Source: Chloroflexota bacterium (GTDB lineage Bacteria; Chloroflexota; Dehalococcoidia; Bin125). From it: a stretch of DNA of 64,000 nucleotides. Under the pieces are notes generated by a model. The model did no database searches. It saw only the letters and a list, made by a program, of their open reading frames with translations, and was not told the origin of the DNA. Below are positions 17,651-25,772 of this stretch, piece after piece (within the stretch, counting starts at the first letter, position 1; each line of letters opens with the position of its first letter). The stretch is from the NCBI GenBank assembly GCA_028875225.1, contig JAPPFB010000018.1, positions 101,543 to 165,542 on the forward strand, read 5' to 3'. Both the position numbers and the translations under genes were made by a program.

Positions 17651-18835
17651 ATGGCACAGGAACGACTGGCGGCGATCGCCGGTATCCACGAATATCCATT
17701 GCGAGTCGCCCCCGGCGTCTCCTCGATGCAGATCAAGGCCGAGTCGATGAAGCGCGCGCTCGACGACGCCGGCCTTGATTGGGGCGACGTCGACGGTCTC
17801 TACGACGCGCTCGACGGCGAAGGCGGTGGCGGACTCGGTCTGGCCGCGTACCTCGGGATCAAGCCGCGTCTGCTCGACACGACCCAGGTGGGCGGCTCGT
17901 CGTACGAGTTCCATGCGTCCCACGCCCTGCGCGACATCGCCGCCGGACGCTGCAACGTCGCCGTTACCACCTACGGTTCCACCGCCGCCTCGATGCGCGT
18001 GCCGATCGGCACCGGCGGCATGGGTCGCGGCGGCGCCTCCTGGCAGCAGAACATGGAAGCGCCCTACGGCTCGACCCTGATTTCGAACTACGCGATGGTC
18101 GCCCACCGGCACATGCACGAGTACGGCACCACCACCGAACAGCTCGCCCAGATCTCGGTCGCAACGCGCAAGCACGCGATGCGCAACCCCGAGGCCGTCA
18201 AGGCCATGACCGACCTGCAGTTCGTCAAGGTCGATGAGATCACCGTCGAGGACGTGCTCGAGTCGCGCGTGATCGCCGACCCGCTGCATCTGCTCGAGTG
18301 CTGCATGATCTCCGACGGCGGCGGCGCGGCCGTCTTCGTCTCGCCCGAGATCGCGCGCGACATCAAGAAGAAGCCCGTCTGGATTATCGGCGCCGGCGAA
18401 GCCACCAAGTACCGCGAGAACGGCGGCGACATCACCACCTCGGCCGGCGCCCAGAGCGCCCCGGCCGCTTACGGCCAGGCCGGCGTCACACCGGACGAGA
18501 TCGACATCGCCATGATCTACGACTCGTTCAGCATCACCGTCGCCGTGATGCTTGAGGATCTCGGCTTCTGCGCCAAGGGCGAAGTCGGCCAGTTCATCGA
18601 AGACGGTCACCTCGCCTTCGACCAACCCGGCCTGACCCTGAATACCGACGGCGGCGGACTCTCCTCCAACCACCCGGGCATGCGCGGACTCTTCCTGCTG
18701 CTCGAATCCGTCCGCCAGCTCCGCGGCGAGTCGAACAGCCAGGTCGACGGAGCCAAACTCGCCGTCGCCCACGGCAACGGAGGCCTCCTCGGAGGAACCC
18801 ACACCGGCGGCACCGTCATCCTCGCCGCCGACTGA
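17651..18835 (+). CDS. Thiolase-fold protein (SCP-x/Ltp-type, DUF35-partnered)
   Basis: 394 aa. C-terminal NTDGGGLSSNHPGMRGL block. Followed by a DUF35 OB-fold gene. The expected nucleophile position reads VGGSSYEF, with no Cys evident. Confidence 0.75.
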   Translation: MAQERLAAIAGIHEYPLRVAPGVSSMQIKAESMKRALDDAGLDWGDVDGLYDALDGEGGGGLGLAAYLGIKPRLLDTTQVGGSSYEFHASHALRDIAAGRCNVAVTTYGSTAASMRVPIGTGGMGRGGASWQQNMEAPYGSTLISNYAMVAHRHMHEYGTTTEQLAQISVATRKHAMRNPEAVKAMTDLQFVKVDEITVEDVLESRVIADPLHLLECCMISDGGGAAVFVSPEIARDIKKKPVWIIGAGEATKYRENGGDITTSAGAQSAPAAYGQAGVTPDEIDIAMIYDSFSITVAVMLEDLGFCAKGEVGQFIEDGHLAFDQPGLTLNTDGGGLSSNHPGMRGLFLLLESVRQLRGESNSQVDGAKLAVAHGNGGLLGGTHTGGTVILAAD

Positions 18836-18842
18836 CAAACAT

Positions 18843-18948
18843 CCGTCATTGCCGAGCTTGCCTCGGCAATCTCGCCGCTTCGGGCAACGGCGTGTGAGAC
18901 ACCCGAGCCGAGCGCGACGAGATACCCCAGGCAAGCTGGGGTATGACG
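18843..18948 (+). repeat. MITE/REP-like structured element R4, copy 1
   Basis: ccgtcattgccgagcttgcctcggcaatctcg...gagataccccaggcaagctggggtatgacg. Terminal CGTCAT/ATGACG and two 9-bp-stem hairpins. Homologous copies are at 42973 and 50055. Confidence 0.85.
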
Positions 18949-18975
18949 AAGAGATTTGAGAAGGGACACGTCAAC

Positions 18976-19389
18976 ATGGCCAACCGACCACAACCCAGCT
19001 TCCCCGAGCCGGACACCCAGCACTTCTGGGACGGCTGCAAGGAGGGCGAGCTGCGCTATCAGACCGACTCCGACGGCAACGTCGTCTTCTACCCCAGAGG
19101 ACACTCGACCGTCACCGGCGACCGCGAACTGAGCTGGAACGTCTCCTCTGGCATGGGCACCGTCTACACCTACTCGGTCGTCCGACAGAACCGAATGCCC
19201 GGATTCCAGGAACTCGGCGCATACGCCGTCGCCTACATCGACCTCGACGAGGGCTTCCGCATGATGAGCACCATCGTCGGCGTCGACGATCCGACCACCG
19301 ACATCCACATCGGCCAGCGCGTCAAGGTCGAATTCGAAGAGCAGGCAGGCGAGGACTCCTTCCCGATTCCCGTGTTTCGCCCGGTCTGA
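18976..19389 (+). CDS. DUF35 OB-fold acyl-CoA-associated protein
   Basis: WDGCKEGELRYQ...YTYSVV...VAYIDLDEGFRMMS..G..V.V.F pattern. ATG 18976 is preferred because track start 18943 lies inside the R4 repeat. Confidence 0.75.
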   Translation: MANRPQPSFPEPDTQHFWDGCKEGELRYQTDSDGNVVFYPRGHSTVTGDRELSWNVSSGMGTVYTYSVVRQNRMPGFQELGAYAVAYIDLDEGFRMMSTIVGVDDPTTDIHIGQRVKVEFEEQAGEDSFPIPVFRPV

Positions 19390-19477
19390 GGCGCGAGTGT
19401 CTCTTAGGACACACGTGCTAACCGCAAATCAGTTGGGGTTTCCCATAGCAAACGCTTGAACCGATACGCTCCCGCTG

Positions 19478-20554
19478 ATGTCCGTTCGACCGCCGTCCGT
19501 CGCTGAACGTCTGCTTGACCAGATCGCCGAGCCGGCGCCGCAACATGTGCGCGACGCCGACCTGGCTATCGAGGCGTTCGGACTCGTCAAACATTTCGGC
19601 GAGATTCACGCGGTCAATGGCGTCGATCTCAGGGTCAAACCCGGACAGGTCTTCGGCTTCCTCGGCCAGAACGGCAGCGGCAAAACCACAACGGTCCGCA
19701 TGCTGACGACACTCCTGCGACCGACCGCCGGCGACGCGCGTGTGGCCGGATTCAACGTCCTCAGCGAGGACCGTCAGATCCGCCGAGCCATCGGCGTCGC
19801 GCTGCAGGAGGCTGGACTCGACATCCTCCAGACCGGCCGAGAGCTGCTCCGCCTGCAGTCCCGTCTCTACAACGTCCCCCGTGTGGAAATCGAAGACCGA
19901 ATCGCGCACTTGCTCGACGTCGTGGACCTGACCGAGGACGCCGATCGCCGCATCGGCGGCTACTCCGGCGGCATGCAGCGCCGACTCGACCTCGCCTCCG
20001 CGCTCGTCCACTCTCCCTCGATCATCTTCCTCGATGAGCCGACCACCGGTCTCGACCCCATCTCCCGTCAGAACCTGTGGGACTACATCCAGCGTCTCAA
20101 CCGCGAAGACGGGGTCACCTTCTTCCTCACCACGCAATACCTCGAGGAGGCCGACCAGCTCTGCGACGAGATCGCCATTCTCGATGCCGGCGAGATCGTC
20201 CAGCAGGGCACGCCGGACCAGCTCAAGGCCACCGTCTCCGCCGATGTCATCTATGTCCAGGTCGAGGGCGATGAGCGAGCCCAGCAACGGGCCGTCTCCG
20301 CGCTCTTGCCGCTGCCCAACGTCGAGGACGCCAACTGGGACTTCAACGAAGGCATCACCGTCTACAGCAAGAGCGGGCACGACACCCTGCCCCGCGTCGT
20401 CCGCACCCTCGACGACGAAGACCTGCCCTTCAGCAACCTGCGACTGGCGCGAGCCACGCTCGACGACGTCTTCTTCAAGGCCACCGGACACCGCATCGAA
20501 CCGGACGGGCAGGGTGGCCAGGCCGCGCCAACGACCGGGGGCGGAGCCGCATGA
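19478..20554 (+). CDS. ABC transporter ATP-binding protein (DrrA/ABC-2 type)
   Basis: Walker A GQNGSGKTT, signature YSGGMQRRLDLA, Walker B IIFLDEPTTGLD. Confidence 0.9.
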   Translation: MSVRPPSVAERLLDQIAEPAPQHVRDADLAIEAFGLVKHFGEIHAVNGVDLRVKPGQVFGFLGQNGSGKTTTVRMLTTLLRPTAGDARVAGFNVLSEDRQIRRAIGVALQEAGLDILQTGRELLRLQSRLYNVPRVEIEDRIAHLLDVVDLTEDADRRIGGYSGGMQRRLDLASALVHSPSIIFLDEPTTGLDPISRQNLWDYIQRLNREDGVTFFLTTQYLEEADQLCDEIAILDAGEIVQQGTPDQLKATVSADVIYVQVEGDERAQQRAVSALLPLPNVEDANWDFNEGITVYSKSGHDTLPRVVRTLDDEDLPFSNLRLARATLDDVFFKATGHRIEPDGQGGQAAPTTGGGAA

Positions 20555-21441
20555 CCACCGCCCAGCCGCCTGCCGAGTTCCAGACCTCGGCTTCCCGCGA
20601 GGCCGGACCGCTCCAGGTGCTCACCGACGCCCGACACCTCGCCGTTCGCGCCATCCGTGAGTCCGTGCGCCAACCGGGCGTCGAGATCACCAACGTCTTC
20701 ATCCCGCTCTTCTTCCTCGCCGTCTCGACCGGCGCGATCGCCAACTTCTCCGAGCGCGGCTTCGGCGTCGAGAACTACCTCGCCTTCCAGCTCCCTGTCG
20801 CCGTGCTGCAGGCCGTCGCCGGATCGTCCGCCGCCTCCGGCATCGCGATCGTGCTCGACATGGAGCGCGGCTACTTCGACAAGCTGTTGCTCACCCCGGC
20901 CTCGCGCTGGTCGCTGATCATCGGCCGCGTCTGGGCCGACGCCGTCCGCGCCATATTCTTCGCCTCGATCATGCTGATCGCCGCGCTCGTTGCCGGCTCC
21001 GGCATGGCCACCGGCGTCCCGGGCGCGATTCTGATCCTCGTCATCGCCGGACTCTTCGGCGGCGCCTACAGCGGCATCGGCATCTTCATCGCCATGCGCA
21101 CCGGCAACGCCCAGGCCGCCCAGGCCGGATTCCTGCTATTCTTCCCCCTGCTCTTCATGGCGCCCGCATTCGCGCCGCTGGCCGTCTTCGACGACTGGCT
21201 CCGCTGGATCGCCACTGTCAATCCCGTGACCTACATCATGGAAGGCATGCGTGGACTCGTCATGGAGGGCTACGCCTGGCCTGTCACCGAGGGCGGCCAG
21301 ATCGTCTTCGGCCCCGATGGACTGCCCCTGACCAAGGACCCGCCCGCACTGCACTGGGCCTTCGTCTCGCTTGCCGGCTTCAGTGCGTTCACGCTCACCA
21401 TCGCCGCGCTCGCGCTCCGCGCCCGCACCCGCGCCGACTGA
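20551..21441 (+). CDS. ABC-2 type transporter permease
   Basis: 296 aa with multiple hydrophobic segments. 4-nt overlap with the ATPase gene. Confidence 0.8.
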   Translation: MTTAQPPAEFQTSASREAGPLQVLTDARHLAVRAIRESVRQPGVEITNVFIPLFFLAVSTGAIANFSERGFGVENYLAFQLPVAVLQAVAGSSAASGIAIVLDMERGYFDKLLLTPASRWSLIIGRVWADAVRAIFFASIMLIAALVAGSGMATGVPGAILILVIAGLFGGAYSGIGIFIAMRTGNAQAAQAGFLLFFPLLFMAPAFAPLAVFDDWLRWIATVNPVTYIMEGMRGLVMEGYAWPVTEGGQIVFGPDGLPLTKDPPALHWAFVSLAGFSAFTLTIAALALRARTRAD

Positions 21442-21505
21442 CCAATCTCGTACGTCGACTATCATTGCCCTCATCGTTCGCGTGCTGGAACTGGGGAGGT
21501 TTGTT

Positions 21506-22270
21506 ATGCCTGAATTCAGCAAGGGAATCAGGTTGCTCATCGCGGCCGCTGTGACGGCCTCGGCCACCGTCATCTTGTTCGCCGTAATCGCCGCAATCAA
21601 TGCCGGAGAATCCCGCGACGGCGGCGCGGAAGTCCGCATCCAGGCCCGCCATGCCGGCAGCGGCGCCACCGAGGTCGCGCTGCAGGTTCGCAACGCCGAC
21701 CGTTCCTGGAGCGAGCGCATCCTGCCCGGCGAGCGATTCCTGCTCGCCGACTCGGAATCCGGCCGCTGGCGCTCCAGCACCGCCATCCGGCTCGAAGCTG
21801 AGGAGGGAGTGGACCCCGCCGCCATCGGCCGCACCGCCACCGCCGAAATGCGCAGTCCCGACGGCGAGCCGATGGGAACCGTCACCATCATCCAGGGTCC
21901 CAGAGGCTTGCTGATCCAGGCGCGCCTGACCGGCGTGCCCGAAGGCTGGCACGGTTTCCACATCCACGAAACGGGATCCTGCGCGCCCGACTTCTCCGCC
22001 GCCGGCGGACATTACGACCCGACCGGCATCGGTCACGGCGTCCTCCACGAGGCTGGACATCACCCGGGCGACACCGTCAACATCTACGCGCACACGGACG
22101 GCGTCGCAAACGCCGACCAGTACACGGTCGACGCCACGCTCGGCGAGGGCGCAACCACGCTGTTCGACCACGACGGCTCCGCCATCATCGTCCACGAAGC
22201 TCCCGACTCCTACGGAGCCGACCCCGCCGCCGGCGCCCGAATCGCCTGCGGCGTCATCGCCCTCGACTGA
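21506..22270 (+). CDS. sodC: Cu/Zn superoxide dismutase, membrane-anchored, with unassigned N-terminal module
   Basis: ATG 21506 lies 6 nt after GGGGAGG. TM segment LLIAAAVTASATVILFAVIAAI and module 21626-21793. SodC blocks HGFHIHETGSC, GGHYDP, HHPGDTVN, IIVHEAPD, GARIACGVI. Confidence 0.85.
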   Translation: MPEFSKGIRLLIAAAVTASATVILFAVIAAINAGESRDGGAEVRIQARHAGSGATEVALQVRNADRSWSERILPGERFLLADSESGRWRSSTAIRLEAEEGVDPAAIGRTATAEMRSPDGEPMGTVTIIQGPRGLLIQARLTGVPEGWHGFHIHETGSCAPDFSAAGGHYDPTGIGHGVLHEAGHHPGDTVNIYAHTDGVANADQYTVDATLGEGATTLFDHDGSAIIVHEAPDSYGADPAAGARIACGVIALD

Positions 22271-22283
22271 TTGAAGTGCTGCC

Positions 22284-22390
22284 GTCCCCGCCCCTGAGCG
22301 GGGACCCGTTCCCCTCTCCCCCCGCGCAAGCGGGGGGAGATGCCGAAAGCCTGCCCCGCACATGATGCGGGGGCAGAGGGGGGCTCCCGG
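22284..22390 (+). repeat. R2 hairpin plus R1 structured repeat (with nested 22-nt hairpin insertion)
   Basis: gtccccgcccctgagcggggac (22284-22305), then gttcccctctccccccgcgcaagcggggggagatgccgaaagc[ctgccccgcacatgatgcgggg]gcagaggggggctc. Confidence 0.8.
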
Positions 22391-22476
22391 ATGTACCTCG
22401 CAGGTTGCCCGACACCTACCCACTCGATAGCCTCAAACTGCATTTGACCAGCGAATCAGCCCACCAGGAGCACCAA

Positions 22477-22881
22477 ATGTCCTTCTTCCAGACCGCTTCC
22501 GCCCACTGCGACCTGCCCTGCGGCGTCTACGACCCCGCCCAGGCCAAGATCGAGGCCATGTCCGTCCTCAAGTCGATGGAGAAGTACAACGACTCTGACG
22601 ACCACGACTTCAAGGCCCGCTGCACGATCGTCAAGGAACAGCGCGCCGAGGAAGTCAAGCACCACCTCTGGGTGCTCTGGACCGACTTCTTCAAGCCCCA
22701 CCACCTCGAGGCCGACGCCTCCATCCACGAACTCATGTGGAACGCGACCAAGGTCGCCGGCGAAGCCAAGAAGACCAATGACGTCGCCAAGGGCCAGGAA
22801 CTGATCGACCTGATCGACCAGATCTCAGAAAAGTTCTGGGCCACCGCCGAAGGCCCCGGAGCCGGCGTCTACGCCCAGTAG
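22477..22881 (+). CDS. sodN: Nickel superoxide dismutase precursor
   Basis: ATG 22477 after CAGGAG. MSFFQTASA propeptide followed by the Ni-hook HCDLPCGVYDP. Confidence 0.9.
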   Translation: MSFFQTASAHCDLPCGVYDPAQAKIEAMSVLKSMEKYNDSDDHDFKARCTIVKEQRAEEVKHHLWVLWTDFFKPHHLEADASIHELMWNATKVAGEAKKTNDVAKGQELIDLIDQISEKFWATAEGPGAGVYAQ

Positions 22882-22892
22882 GCCCCTATCTT

Positions 22893-22947
22893 CCCTCTCC
22901 CCTCGCGAAGCGGGGGGAGATGCCAAAGGCAGAGGGGGGCTTCTGCC
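22893..22947 (+). repeat. R1 structured repeat, third copy
   Basis: cttccctctcccctcgcgaagcggggggagatgccaaaggcagaggggggcttc. Same orientation as the copy at 22310-22390. Confidence 0.8.
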
Positions 22948-22970
22948 CAGCGTCCTGAATTGGGCTGATC

Positions 22971-24239
22971 ATGTCCAGCGCTGATGTCCCAACCCCGACC
23001 CAAGCGGTGTTTGCCGCACGTTGTGCCGCGGACCGCGAGCTACGCCTCGCCGTGCGTCACTGGACCGGCGGTCTTAGGTTCGGCATTGGCGACCAGTGGC
23101 TCGGTTTCACTGTGGTCGACGGCTCGATCGGCGAAGAAGTGCCCGAGATGGGTCCGGACATCATTCAGGTCTCGGGGCCGGCGGACGTGTGGGCACCGAT
23201 CTTGATGTCTCCGTCGCCGCCATTTGGCCAGCTCGCTGTGTTGTTGGAGATGGGCAACGGCGGCTTACGACGGTCACCAACCGAGGACATGCTGTACTGG
23301 CAATACGCGCCCGCCGCCGAACGAGCGGCCGAGTTGCTGAGCGAGCCGATGGCCGATCGGCCTCTCGCCTTCGAGTCCGGAAAGACCCCGCGTCACGACC
23401 ACCCGGTCGGACGCTACGTTCACGTCGATCTCGATGGATACGACTATCGCGTCTACTACGAAGAGGCTGGACAAGGCATTCCGTTGCTGCTGCAGCACAC
23501 TGCCGGAGCCCACGGCGCGCAATATCGCCACTTGTTTGAGGAGCAGGCCATCACCGAGCGCTTCCGGCTCATCGCGTATGACCTCCCGTACCACGGCAAG
23601 TCGCTGCCACCGGTCGGTCCTCGCTGGTGGGAACAGGAGTATCAGCTCCAGGGTTCATTCTTGCGCCAGGTTCCGTTGGCGCTCGCTGCGGCACTCGATC
23701 TCGATCGGCCGGCATTCATGGGTTGCTCGGTCGGCGGCCTGTTGGCGCTGGACCTGGCGCTACGTCATCCAGACGACTTCCGCGCCGTGATTTCGCTCGA
23801 AGGCGCCCTGACAATCGGCGGCAACCCCGACGCGCTGACCGGGTTCTGGAGCCCGCAAGTGAGCAACCAGTCCAAGGCGCGGATGATGGAGTCGCTCTGC
23901 GCGCCCTCATCGCCCGAGGTGTACGTCAAGGAAGTCTCTCAGGTGTACTCCGCCGGCTGGCCGGCGGCCTTTCTCGGCGACCTCTACTACTACCTGGTCG
24001 ACTTCGACATCACCGAGCGCGCGCACGAAATCAACACCGAGCGGGTAGGCGTGCACATCCTCACCGGCGAGTACGACTGGTCGGGTACGGTCGCCCACGG
24101 CCGGGCCGCGAAAGACGCGATCCCCGGCTCGACTCACACGGTGATGACCAATGTTGGCCATTTCCCCATGCAGGAAAACCCAACTGAGTTCATCAAGTAC
24201 TTGCTTCCGGTGCTTGACCTGATTGACGAACAGTCCTAG
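22971..24239 (+). CDS. Alpha/beta-hydrolase with N-terminal SCP2-like extension
   Basis: 422 aa. YEEAGQGIPLLLQHTAG and nucleophile elbow GCSVGG. The N-terminal extension of about 130 aa resembles a sterol-carrier-like domain (weak). Confidence 0.7.
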   Translation: MSSADVPTPTQAVFAARCAADRELRLAVRHWTGGLRFGIGDQWLGFTVVDGSIGEEVPEMGPDIIQVSGPADVWAPILMSPSPPFGQLAVLLEMGNGGLRRSPTEDMLYWQYAPAAERAAELLSEPMADRPLAFESGKTPRHDHPVGRYVHVDLDGYDYRVYYEEAGQGIPLLLQHTAGAHGAQYRHLFEEQAITERFRLIAYDLPYHGKSLPPVGPRWWEQEYQLQGSFLRQVPLALAAALDLDRPAFMGCSVGGLLALDLALRHPDDFRAVISLEGALTIGGNPDALTGFWSPQVSNQSKARMMESLCAPSSPEVYVKEVSQVYSAGWPAAFLGDLYYYLVDFDITERAHEINTERVGVHILTGEYDWSGTVAHGRAAKDAIPGSTHTVMTNVGHFPMQENPTEFIKYLLPVLDLIDEQS

Positions 24240-24409
24240 TCCACTCACCAGGTAGCCGAACCGGCGCCTCCCGCGTCTCTTGGCGACTCACTTCGACTTC
24301 ATGCCGAGTAGTCTCGCGGCTTCAGCGCCCGACGTAACGCCGGGTCGCGTTGCGATGCCACTGCTTCGTTTCCTTGAAGTCGTGTGTAGGTGTGATCGTC
24401 TGTTCACTG

Positions 24410-24445
24410 TGGTCTTGAGGAGGACTCGAACCCCCAGCCTACTGA
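24410..24445 (-). other. Duplicated 3' fragment of tRNA-Arg (T-arm/acceptor remnant; candidate att scar)
   Basis: 24419-24445 matches 27454-27480 at 25 of 27 positions by hand alignment (ggaggactcgaaccYccagcctacKga). The flanking tggtc also matches. No 5' half is present. Confidence 0.6.
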
Positions 24446-24822
24446 CCGAACTTCCCCTCGCCCTCCGACTCAGCCACCGCTGCCGACATCGCAGACCCAC
24501 CCGCGAACCCGCTGACCCTGACCTCCAGGTGAACGCCCTCATGCTGCTGCAAGCAGCCAATCACCTCAAACAGGTTCCGCGCCTGAGGATTTCCTGACGG
24601 ACCAAACATCCGCATCAGGCTCTTGGCCGATCTGGCGGTGCGCGACCCCAACTCCTCGAAGCCGATCGTCGCGTTGATGTAATCGCGCAGCACGATCTTG
24701 CCCGTCTCAACATCTCCCCCCAGCAAGCATTCGATGCCCTCCTGGAGAAGCGCCCGCCGGAACTCAGGCTCGCGTCGCGCCCGTGCCTGCACTGTCTCCT
24801 TGAAGTCGCGAGTGAGTGCCAT
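24439..24822 (-). CDS. Addiction-module antidote protein (HTH, partner of RelE/ParE-type killer)
   Basis: 127 aa. FKETVQARARREPEFRRALLQEGIECLLGGD...IGFEELG pattern. Lies 3 nt downstream of the toxin ORF. Confidence 0.8.
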   Translation of the reverse strand: MALTRDFKETVQARARREPEFRRALLQEGIECLLGGDVETGKIVLRDYINATIGFEELGSRTARSAKSLMRMFGPSGNPQARNLFEVIGCLQQHEGVHLEVRVSGFAGGSAMSAAVAESEGEGKFGQ

Positions 24823-24825
24823 GAT

Positions 24826-25158
24826 TCAATCCTCTCGGCGCTTGCGGTCCTTGTACTCCTGCCACAAGTCCTGCGCCCTCCTGATGTCCTGACGCTGCCT
24901 TCTCTTAGTACCGCCGACCAGCAGGATGATCATGCGATCCCCTTCTCGCCCGAAGTAGATGCGGAATCCCGGTCCGGTCCAAATGCGATACTCCAGTACT
25001 CCGCTGCCGACCGACTTGGCGTTGGATAGATTTCCAGACTCCATCCGTGCCAGCGCCGTTCGCACCTTGGCCGCTGCGATTGCGTTGAGGCCGTCGAACC
25101 ATCGACCGAAGGGGCTTCGTCCTTGCTCATCGACGTACTCTCTCACCTCAATCACCAA
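24826..25158 (-). CDS. RelE/ParE-family toxin (addiction-module killer protein)
   Basis: VIEVREYVDEQGRSPFGRWFDGL...GVLEYRIWTGPGFRIYFGREGDRMIILLVGGTKRRQ. The track start is TTG 25158; GTG 25155 is equally possible. Confidence 0.85.
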   Translation of the reverse strand: MVIEVREYVDEQGRSPFGRWFDGLNAIAAAKVRTALARMESGNLSNAKSVGSGVLEYRIWTGPGFRIYFGREGDRMIILLVGGTKRRQRQDIRRAQDLWQEYKDRKRRED

Positions 25159-25162
25159 ACAA

Positions 25163-25182
25163 TGGTAACGTATCTGTTACCA
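25163..25182. promoter_or_regulatory. Perfect inverted repeat TGGTAAC-N6-GTTACCA, candidate TA operator
   Basis: The palindrome lies 5-8 nt upstream of the toxin start. TA operons are typically autoregulated through such sites. Confidence 0.4.
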
Positions 25183-25293
25183 GCAGAAGCAGTCCATCCT
25201 CCAGATCTAACGATCGCCTCCGCAAACCCCGACACACCACACCGCCTCCACACACGACCTAATGCTCGAAGAGGAACAGGAACAACGTTATGA

Positions 25294-25755
25294 GAACCCC
25301 GAACATCTCACCCCGCCGACGCGCCCCACAGCGCCGAAATCATTGAGCTCGAACTCGCCGACTACCCCGACCACGAACTCGCCGACTCCGAACGACCCCG
25401 AAAAAACCTGAAAAAACCTGAAAACGAACGAGCCGCAATCCCCCGCAAAACACAGGAAATCGCACCTCCACCGACCGCGGAAAAAAATTCTCCCGAACAC
25501 CTGAAACTGCCCCTGCCCAAGAACACCAGACGCAACAAACCCTGTCCCTGCAGCCTGCCCCCGGCCCGAACGGGGGGTAGCGGCAAGAAGCGCAAACTCT
25601 GCCACCCCCAGCACGCCCAATCGCCCCCGCAGGCTGCCGACATCGAAGCTGAAGCGCTGCGCCTCTCTGAGCAGGCTCGCGCCGCTAGCCGCAACAACGA
25701 CCCGCTCGCCGAGGTCGAGGCGCTCAGCCAGCTTGCCGAACTGCTGGGACCGTGA
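25294..25755 (+). pseudogene. Start-less ORF with interrupted SEC-C motif
   Basis: 153 sense codons with no ATG/GTG/TTG. Carries RNKPCPC-SLPPARTG-GSGKKRKLCH. An in-frame TGA lies immediately upstream. Confidence 0.35.
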
Positions 25756-25772
25756 TCGGAGCGACCCGAGCG

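Noticed and set aside
17234-18934. 566-aa minus-strand ORF, and similar long ORFs at 62218..63999(-), 5335..6555(-), 25752..27290(+), 37960..39480(-), 37379..38599(-), 19418..20491(-), 41859..42824(-), 59698..60699(-), 21395..22423(-), 15712..16719(-), 28775..30139(+)
   Set aside because: All lie antisense to, or out of frame with, genes carrying strong family motifs. Their translations are Arg/Gly/Ala/Pro-rich low-complexity strings typical of spurious ORFs in high-GC DNA.
19395-19415. GTGTC-N6-GACAC inverted repeat upstream of the ABC-2 exporter as a repressor operator
   Set aside because: The arms are only 5 bp, no regulator gene is adjacent, and such matches are expected by chance in 64 kb.
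24405-24500. Complete second tRNA gene at the tRNA-like fragment
   Set aside because: Only the T-arm and 3' acceptor-like portion is present. Upstream sequence cannot form D and anticodon arms or a complementary 5' acceptor strand, and it overlaps the 3' end of the antidote CDS.
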